64,000 nt of DNA from an uncultured Gammaproteobacteria bacterium. Its GTDB lineage: Bacteria; Patescibacteriota; Microgenomatia; Levybacterales; GWA1-39-11. The DNA is taken from contig CAYYLC010000002.1 in assembly GCA_964472415.1 (NCBI GenBank), positions 96,470 through 160,469 of the forward strand. Reading direction: 5' to 3'. Below the pieces are notes generated by a model. It searched no databases and was not told the DNA's origin. It was given only the letters and a program-made list of their open reading frames with translations. Within the stretch, counting starts at the first letter, position 1. Each line of letters opens with the position of its first letter. Made by a program: the position numbers and the translations under genes. This document shows, piece after piece, positions 57,647 to 64,000 of the stretch.

Positions 57647-58378
57647 TTACCCTCCTTGGAATGCGCTTCGTAGTGTTTCTCTATAAGTATCATACTCTGC
57701 CTCAACCTCTTCGTATTCCTTTTGCCATTCTCTGGAGAGATACTTCTTGAATACTTCTCTAAATACAGATAGAAACTTTAAGTAAGCATGAATATAGTAG
57801 TTAATACACCTTTTGAGATTAAGTTCATCTTCAAAATCGCAATAAGTAAAGACAACCTGATTATCAGTTTGCATTCTACCGAACCCGCTAAAAAAGATTG
57901 AACTTTTGAAGCTAGGATGTCTTCCGTATTCGGACATAAGCTCATAGATATTAAAAATGTCTGGGTATACGAGTCTGTCTTCTTCTGGGAACAGTTTTCC
58001 AAGAATACGCCTAAAAGGTTGCGATGTATCTTTCTCAGCCTTTATCCATTCTTCAATCTTTTCTGGGTTAACTGACATTTTACGAGCAGAAGCCACTGCT
58101 TCTGCAGACCTGCTTATAATAGCTGAAGCTTCTGGAATATGGGCTTGGAATATGAGTTGTCCACTTATTAGATAACCTCTAAGACAAGCCCAATACATTT
58201 GAAGTATAGGTGTTAATTCTCTTGGGTATGTATTTAGGTTGTTTGCAAGGTTCTGATACAAGTATAAAATCTTATCTGCATATTTCATTTCTTCAGGATG
58301 GCGGTTTGCTGTAGCTCTAAAGTTATTTATCTCTTCTTCTGAAACAGTTGCGAATTTTTTTGACTTAGGGTTTTTCAT
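57647..58378 (-). CDS. Hypothetical helical cargo protein
   Basis: Long ORF; R...E and Y...SEYGRHP motifs resembling HEPN-like/DUF5677 proteins (tentative). Confidence 0.65.
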   Translation of the reverse strand: MKNPKSKKFATVSEEEINNFRATANRHPEEMKYADKILYLYQNLANNLNTYPRELTPILQMYWACLRGYLISGQLIFQAHIPEASAIISRSAEAVASARKMSVNPEKIEEWIKAEKDTSQPFRRILGKLFPEEDRLVYPDIFNIYELMSEYGRHPSFKSSIFFSGFGRMQTDNQVVFTYCDFEDELNLKRCINYYIHAYLKFLSVFREVFKKYLSREWQKEYEEVEAEYDTYRETLRSAFQGG

Positions 58379-58443
58379 AAGGTGTGAATATTCTACCAAA
58401 AATTGATAAAATACGATAAACAAACATAAGTATTGAAGATGTT

Positions 58444-59523
58444 ATGACATACGAAGAAAAACTTGAACTTATACTGCAGGCATTAAGTGAAGCTCAGAAA
58501 TTCACACGCAAGGGCTATTTCACAAAGCTCTACTTTACTCGTGACAATGGCTTAAAAGATATAAACCTAAATGAAATTCACGATATTCTCTTGAAAATTC
58601 AGGACGAAGAAAAAGTAATAACGGTAAAAGAAATTCCAAGCAAAATTAAGTCTAATCTGGAATTTGATATAGATAAGGTAGAATATTTTTTGATTGATAC
58701 TCCTGAAGAATTTTCCCTTTGGTATGAGGCGCACATTTTTGAAAATATGCACAAAATTGAAAATATGGACTGGATAAACTTGCTTAAAATTTATGATGTT
58801 GCCTTAGATATAAACCAACAGCTTCAAATAGCAGGCTCTAACACAGTTTTTATTCCTTCTTTGCCTCATATGGTCAGGTTTCCTCTCTTGTTTCCTCAGG
58901 ATAGTATCGGAACAAGACGGACTTACCAAGACTATCGTATGGAAGGTGCAGACTTTTTGAGTAAAAGAGGCGGAGTTTTAGAATACAAATACATAGACAG
59001 TATGGACTTTGGGTATGGGGAAGTTAAAATTGTCGTTGACCTAATCAATTTCAGAGATTTTTTATTAAGAATTGGAAACGAGTATAAGAGGAGAAACGAA
59101 AAATACGAGAAGACACAAAAAGAGCCTAAAGTTGAAAAGCCTGTAAAGAAAATGGCAGATAAGCCACCCGAAGAAGAAAAAAAGATAGACACTGTATATG
59201 AGATTTTTTACTCTAAGCAGAGGCAGGTTCTATTAAATAATATAGAAATCGCAAGACCAGATTTTGACAGTGAGAACGAGCTTGTATTCTCTTTTTTAAT
59301 GGATAATTCCAATAAAAAGCATACAAAAGCCGAAATTGAAAAAGCTGTTGGTAAGCCGCTTACCAAAACGCTTCACAAAATCGTTGAAAACCTTGGCTTT
59401 AAGGGCGAAATAAGACAGGCATTTTTTGATGTAAGTAAGGACAGCATATGTTTTAGGAACCCAATAAGAAAAGAAGACTTGGACAAACTAGGAATTACAA
59501 AGCTAAAACTTCCCAAACAATAA
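58444..59523 (+). CDS. Hypothetical protein with possible C-terminal winged helix
   Basis: 359-aa ORF; C-terminal NELVFSFLMDNSNKKHTKAEIE segment. Confidence 0.68.
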   Translation: MTYEEKLELILQALSEAQKFTRKGYFTKLYFTRDNGLKDINLNEIHDILLKIQDEEKVITVKEIPSKIKSNLEFDIDKVEYFLIDTPEEFSLWYEAHIFENMHKIENMDWINLLKIYDVALDINQQLQIAGSNTVFIPSLPHMVRFPLLFPQDSIGTRRTYQDYRMEGADFLSKRGGVLEYKYIDSMDFGYGEVKIVVDLINFRDFLLRIGNEYKRRNEKYEKTQKEPKVEKPVKKMADKPPEEEKKIDTVYEIFYSKQRQVLLNNIEIARPDFDSENELVFSFLMDNSNKKHTKAEIEKAVGKPLTKTLHKIVENLGFKGEIRQAFFDVSKDSICFRNPIRKEDLDKLGITKLKLPKQ

Positions 59524-59604
59524 GTTTATAGGTCTGCGTTCCCTTTTATACCCAACTTATCCTACCACAACGACAGCCTTTTATTGCCGTGCTAACTTTT
59601 TGAC

Positions 59605-59757
59605 ATGGCAAGTAATGAAAAGCTAAAGTCGTTCTTAGAGCAGATGTATGGACACCCCATAAGCGATGACGAATTATCTGAATACAAAGAAAAGATAGTT
59701 AGGATATTTTCCCTACTTATAGAAGTTGATAAGAGAAATAAGAAGAAAAGTAAATGA
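59605..59757 (+). CDS. Small hypothetical protein (50 aa)
   Basis: Not in ORF track. MASNEKLKSFLEQMYGHPISDDEL...LLIEVDKRNKKKSK; ATGA overlap with the next gene. Confidence 0.68.
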   Translation: MASNEKLKSFLEQMYGHPISDDELSEYKEKIVRIFSLLIEVDKRNKKKSK

Positions 59758-60044
59758 AAATATCTGAAGTCCAAATTATTCCTGTTAAACCTCAAGATGG
59801 CTTGGTCGCTTTCGTCAGCTTTGTTCTTGATGAAAGTATTTATCTAGGTTCTATTGCAATTCTCACAAGACGAGAAGGCGGTTATAGGCTCGTATATCCT
59901 ACTAAAAAAGTTGGGTTCAGGAGCATGAATATCTTTCACCCAATAAAGAAAGAATTTGCAAACCTTATTGAAAAGGAGGTCATCAGTAAATTTGAAGATG
60001 TAATGAAAAAATATGATAGATACGATGAAGCTGACGCTAGATAA
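59754..60044 (+). CDS. SpoVG-like nucleic-acid-binding protein
   Basis: MKISEVQI...LVAFVSFVLD...I.I...LVYP...IFHPI matches the SpoVG pattern. Confidence 0.75.
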   Translation: MKISEVQIIPVKPQDGLVAFVSFVLDESIYLGSIAILTRREGGYRLVYPTKKVGFRSMNIFHPIKKEFANLIEKEVISKFEDVMKKYDRYDEADAR

Positions 60045-61149
60045 AAATATGTTTTGGATAAAGGACATAGACCGTTTTCAAAAAGAAAGGCAAAATGCCA
60101 CAAGAGGCTATTTTACTTTGGTGCAAAATCCAACTAAATCTGAGCTCAAGAGTGGAATTTATAAGCCACGACTAACCATTACAAAAAGGTTTAATGTTTC
60201 TGGTAGATTTGAGCAAACCTTATCAATTGAGCTCTCGCTTCCCAAACTGCTTTACGGGAATAACTTTGATGAACTCCAAGACAGCGATTTGTCCTTGATT
60301 GTTGATAAACTTAGAGAGGTATTAAAGGAAATGGGCGTAAGGGTTTTTAAAACCATACTTAAATCTGCTCCTATTTCTACGGTTCACTATTCAAAAAATG
60401 TCCCACTTACTAATGGGCTTACCCCGCATTTTCTTATAGGTAAAATCAAAGAGGCAAATATCCCACTTTCCCTTGATATTAACCAGACAGACTACCGTAA
60501 TGACGGACACAGCTATAAATGGCACAGCAATTCCTATGAAGTTGCTTTCTATGACAAAATTAAAGACCTTGAGATGGCTGTGAAAAGTGATAAAAGAGCT
60601 ATTGAGAAAGACAACAGCCCACAGCTTCATCTCTTTCAGGAGCTTAGAATGAGGAAAAAGGAAGTTTTACGCATGGAAGTAAGACTTAATAATAGGCAAA
60701 AGATGAAACAACTTTTTAACAACCTCAAGCTACAAAATGAGTTTACTCTTGAGGGTTTATTTAAGACGGAAATAGCAAAGTGCATACTCCTGCACTATTT
60801 AGACGAGTTAGAAAATCAGCGACCCAAAATGCTTGATTATATTTCAAAAAATCCAAAGTCCCTTTTGGCTGAAATAATTGTGAGTAATCCCAACTTAGGA
60901 ACACTAAAGACAATTCAGGCATTTGGATTAAAACTTGCTCTTGATGCTCTCACGCCCCGTGAATTAAGAGCAATGTTTGGAAAATATCACAAAAGAAGTT
61001 GGTATAGATTATTTGCAGAAGCAAAAACTGTTCAACTCCCAAGTATAAAAAATCCTTTTGAAGTTATGAGGAAAAACCTGATAGACTTTGTGCCACTTAA
61101 ACTAGTTGACTACAATACTAAAATGATAAATAATGATAAATATAATTAG
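60013..61149 (+). CDS. Putative replication initiator/relaxase (Rep_trans or gene II/X-like)
   Basis: MIDT.KL start, IELSLPKLLYGNN, VAFYDK and LRMEVRL motifs; mobile-element context. Confidence 0.6.
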   Translation: MIDTMKLTLDKNMFWIKDIDRFQKERQNATRGYFTLVQNPTKSELKSGIYKPRLTITKRFNVSGRFEQTLSIELSLPKLLYGNNFDELQDSDLSLIVDKLREVLKEMGVRVFKTILKSAPISTVHYSKNVPLTNGLTPHFLIGKIKEANIPLSLDINQTDYRNDGHSYKWHSNSYEVAFYDKIKDLEMAVKSDKRAIEKDNSPQLHLFQELRMRKKEVLRMEVRLNNRQKMKQLFNNLKLQNEFTLEGLFKTEIAKCILLHYLDELENQRPKMLDYISKNPKSLLAEIIVSNPNLGTLKTIQAFGLKLALDALTPRELRAMFGKYHKRSWYRLFAEAKTVQLPSIKNPFEVMRKNLIDFVPLKLVDYNTKMINNDKYN

Positions 61150-61150
61150 T

Positions 61151-61327
61151 ATGTCAGGAGAGCAATATTACTCTATTGAAGAAGTTGCAGAAACCCTAAA
61201 GGTCGCATATTTAACTGTTTATCGCTGGGTTCAATCAGATAAGTTAATTTCTCATAAGGCAGGAAAGCAATATAGAATTAAAAAATCGGATTTAGACAGT
61301 TTTTTAACAGTTTATAAACGAAAATAG
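61151..61327 (+). CDS. Excisionase-like HTH protein
   Basis: YYSIEEVAETLKVAYLTVYRWV...KAGKQYRIKKSDL. Confidence 0.88.
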   Translation: MSGEQYYSIEEVAETLKVAYLTVYRWVQSDKLISHKAGKQYRIKKSDLDSFLTVYKRK

Positions 61328-61328
61328 C

Positions 61329-62129
61329 ATGGATAACGATTTAAAAATACCAGTTGAGCAAAAAGATTACGATGAGTGCTCTACTCTTGTAAGAAGAGAG
61401 ATAAGCGAAATTATTAAAACATGTATAGATAAAGGAGAAAACAAAATCTTCATTCATACAAACTTAAAAAGAGGGCTACCGCTTGAAAATATCAATAAGG
61501 TAGCAGGTCCTTTCGTAGAAGCATGGGCTGTAGAAAAGTTTGAAGCAATTGCAGATGACCCGAATAACAAATATAAATTAATTAATGTAGAGCCAGGCGT
61601 AAGACTTGCTCCATATGATATTATCTTGCAATTCAAAAAGAAAAGAGATGGTGCTTCTGATATTGCAACTGCCAATGTGGATGTAAAAGCAACATCTGAT
61701 GATATACCTACTTCAGGTCGTAGTCCAAATATTACATCATACGGAAGAATAAGGACAGAGTATGTTAATGACCCCGATTATATATTTATAATTCTTTCTC
61801 TAAAGCATAAGGTTTATGGCGAAAGAGATGAAAAAACCGCCATGACAAACGGAATAATGGAGGTTACTTCGTATTCTGTTTATGACCTGAAATATGTAGG
61901 AGAAAGGGATATAAGCTACAATCCAGCACTAGGAACTGGTCAGTTGCAGATTAGAGATATTCACTATGTTACTGAAATAAAACGAACAACATGGGAATTT
62001 TGCCAAATGCTTGATAAAAAATATATTAATTCAAAAGGACAAGAGCCTTGGAAGAGGCTGGCAGTGTTACATGGTTGGTTGAAAGGAACAGAGCCAAAAA
62101 TTGAAGTTGCAGCAGAAGAAGTAGTATGA
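61329..62129 (+). CDS. Putative type II restriction endonuclease
   Basis: E...YDII...VDVK (PD-D/ExK-like); overlaps the MTase start. Confidence 0.68.
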   Translation: MDNDLKIPVEQKDYDECSTLVRREISEIIKTCIDKGENKIFIHTNLKRGLPLENINKVAGPFVEAWAVEKFEAIADDPNNKYKLINVEPGVRLAPYDIILQFKKKRDGASDIATANVDVKATSDDIPTSGRSPNITSYGRIRTEYVNDPDYIFIILSLKHKVYGERDEKTAMTNGIMEVTSYSVYDLKYVGERDISYNPALGTGQLQIRDIHYVTEIKRTTWEFCQMLDKKYINSKGQEPWKRLAVLHGWLKGTEPKIEVAAEEVV

Positions 62130-62926
62130 AAACAAACATATTCATATGTGAAGATGCATTAGCGCAAATGAGAAAGTTGCCAAGTGAGTCAGTAGATTTG
62201 GTAGCTACCGACCCACCTTATAACTTAGGCAAAGACTATGGGAACTCCATTGACTATAAAGAATGGCATGATTATCAGTTATTTACAGAACAGTGGCTAA
62301 CAGAAGCTATTAGGTTATTGAAGCCTAATGGAAGCATTTATATTTTCATGGGTGTTAGGTTTATCTCTAAGCTATTTACTTTACTTGAAGAAAAAGGGCT
62401 ACTCTTTAATGGTTGGATTACATGGCATTACACGCAAGGAATGGGAAGAAAAAAAGGATTTTCTCCTAGGCATGAAGATGTTCTATATTTTACGAAATCT
62501 TCCAATTTTACTTTTAATCTAGATAATGTAAGAGTTCCTCAAAAATATTTTAGGAAAAGAAACAATATGGCTGGAGCTAATCCAGGCGATGTATGGCAAT
62601 TCTCCCATGTGCATTATTCAAATCCTGAAAGGCAACCACATCCAACTCAAAAGCCACTTGCTGTAATGGAAAGGATTATTAAGGCTAGCTCAAATGAAAA
62701 TGATGTTGTGCTTGACCCATTTGTTGGGAGTGGAACGACTTGCGTAGCTGCAAATGCTCTGAAAAGAAAGTGGATAGGTATTGATACTAACCCAGATTAC
62801 ATTAAGATGTCAGAAAAAAGAGTAAAGGCTAAATATGAACTAGACTCATTTGACCCAAGAGAAGCAAGAGTGCCTAAAGATATAAAGGGGTTGGAAAAGC
62901 AAGTAAATTCTCTTCTTGAATTATGA
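62126..62926 (+). CDS. N4-cytosine/N6-adenine DNA methyltransferase, beta class
   Basis: TDPPYN precedes HPTQKP...VLDPFVGSGTT. Confidence 0.93.
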   Translation: MKTNIFICEDALAQMRKLPSESVDLVATDPPYNLGKDYGNSIDYKEWHDYQLFTEQWLTEAIRLLKPNGSIYIFMGVRFISKLFTLLEEKGLLFNGWITWHYTQGMGRKKGFSPRHEDVLYFTKSSNFTFNLDNVRVPQKYFRKRNNMAGANPGDVWQFSHVHYSNPERQPHPTQKPLAVMERIIKASSNENDVVLDPFVGSGTTCVAANALKRKWIGIDTNPDYIKMSEKRVKAKYELDSFDPREARVPKDIKGLEKQVNSLLEL

Positions 62927-64000
62927 AGACGATAGTAATCGCTAGGGTAAGCACGGAAGAACAAAAAGAAGCGGGAAACTCGCTACCCGCTCAAATAGCC
63001 CGTCTCAAAAAATATTCTCAAAATAACGGTTTTGAAATCATTAAAGAAGTGAGTTTTGATGAAAGTGCATATAAAACAAAGAGAAACGATTTTGACAATA
63101 TTCTTGATTTTATTCTTGGACAAAAGGAAAAAATAGCGGTCTGTTTTGACAAGGTAGATAGGTTATCACGCAACATCTTTGATAAAAGAATAGCTGACCT
63201 CTATGATATGGCTTTGAAAGATGAAATTGAATTGCATTTTGTATCAGATGGTCAGGTTATAAATAGTCATTTGTCAGCAGTAGAAAAATTTAACTTCAGC
63301 ATAAGTCTTGGGCTTGCAAAATACTATTCAGATGCAATAAGCGACAATGTGAAGCGAGCTCAGGAGCAAATGCTAAGAAGCGGAATATATCCCACTAAGC
63401 CTTCATTTGGCTACAAAAGAGTTCCTGTAAGTAAAGATAAAACTGAAATAGTTGTAGATGAATATGCTTCTCGCATTATTCAAAAGGCTTATGAGTTATA
63501 CGCAACAGGTAGTTTTTCAATGGATTTACTGCGAAAGAAATTCAAAGAAGACTATGGCGTTAATTGGTCACATGGCTGGACAGATAAAATCCTCAAAGAC
63601 CATTTCTATTATGGTGTTATGACTTGGAATAAAAAACAATATCCGCATAAATACGAGCCTATTATTTCAAAGGCACTCTTTGACCAAGTTCAACAAATAA
63701 AGGCGGGTTTTAATAAGAAAAGGTTCAAATATGCGGGCTTACCCTACATATACCGTGGGTTGCTAAGGTGTGGGCAATGCGGCCTCTCTATAACGCCAGA
63801 AAAGCAAAAGGGGCATGTGTATTACCACTGCACTCAATATAAGGGTAAACACGGTGCGGAATGGCTACGAGAGGAAGAAATTACTAACCAGATAGGAAAT
63901 GTTTTTAAGAACCTACAGCTTCCTGAAGAAGTCCTAGGGCAAATCGTTGAAGCATTAAGCACCACTCATCAGAGCAAGATGGAATTTCAAAATAAGCAGT
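62923..64000 (+). CDS. Large serine recombinase (integrase), runs off the right edge
   Basis: Not in ORF track. MKTIVIARVSTEEQKEAGNSLPAQ, ESAY, DKVDRLSR, FGY, zinc ribbon CGQCG...YYHC. Confidence 0.93.
   Translation, partial: MKTIVIARVSTEEQKEAGNSLPAQIARLKKYSQNNGFEIIKEVSFDESAYKTKRNDFDNILDFILGQKEKIAVCFDKVDRLSRNIFDKRIADLYDMALKDEIELHFVSDGQVINSHLSAVEKFNFSISLGLAKYYSDAISDNVKRAQEQMLRSGIYPTKPSFGYKRVPVSKDKTEIVVDEYASRIIQKAYELYATGSFSMDLLRKKFKEDYGVNWSHGWTDKILKDHFYYGVMTWNKKQYPHKYEPIISKALFDQVQQIKAGFNKKRFKYAGLPYIYRGLLRCGQCGLSITPEKQKGHVYYHCTQYKGKHGAEWLREEEITNQIGNVFKNLQLPEEVLGQIVEALSTTHQSKMEFQNKQ

Larger units (their letters stand above)
57555..64000 (+). mobile_element. Integrated element (IME/plasmid-like) with large serine recombinase, Xis, Rep-like gene and R-M cargo; right end outside the window
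   Basis: Tightly coupled SpoVG-like, Rep-like, Xis, REase, MTase and recombinase genes; candidate att core TTGCTCCCC at ~57557. Left boundary inferred. Confidence 0.75.

Noticed and set aside
1-64000. CRISPR array, rRNA, introns/inteins, reverse transcriptase/DGR, alternative genetic code
   Set aside because: No regularly spaced repeats, rRNA or RT motifs were seen by eye; NrdJ and DnaA lengths are normal; TGA acts as a stop in ATGA overlaps.

Overview
A 64-kb chromosomal segment, standard genetic code, most likely from a Patescibacteria (CPR) bacterium of Microgenomates type. This assignment is inferred from gene content: DUF5667-like protein, arrays of T4SS-type pilins, Gram-positive-style VirB4/VirD4/PrgI and few metabolic genes. 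The window spans the replication origin, with DnaA-trios and DnaA boxes between dnaA and dnaN (~45.9-46.1 kb) and a visible C-rich to G-rich switch of the + strand. Left of oriC lie sodN-sodX (Ni-SOD), two tRNA-Ser genes, a rare tRNA-Ile(UAU), a VirD4-like ATPase, a SpoIID-like hydrolase, smpB and a tmRNA with a 28-codon tag, and comF. There is also an nrdR-nrdJ-pduO operon containing a variant cobalamin riboswitch, and a ~20-kb relaxase-less type IV secretion-like locus (VirB6-like, four pilin domains, PrgI, VirB4, lysozyme-like, SGNH-CHAP) ending at dnaN. From ~57.55 kb an integrated element runs off the right edge (Rep-like, SpoVG-like, Xis, type II R-M, large serine recombinase); its left boundary appears to carry the detached C-terminal tail of its own recombinase. 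Many genes have a -10 box only 5-9 nt before the start codon, which suggests widespread leaderless mRNAs. All family assignments come from reading motifs by eye; no searches were run.
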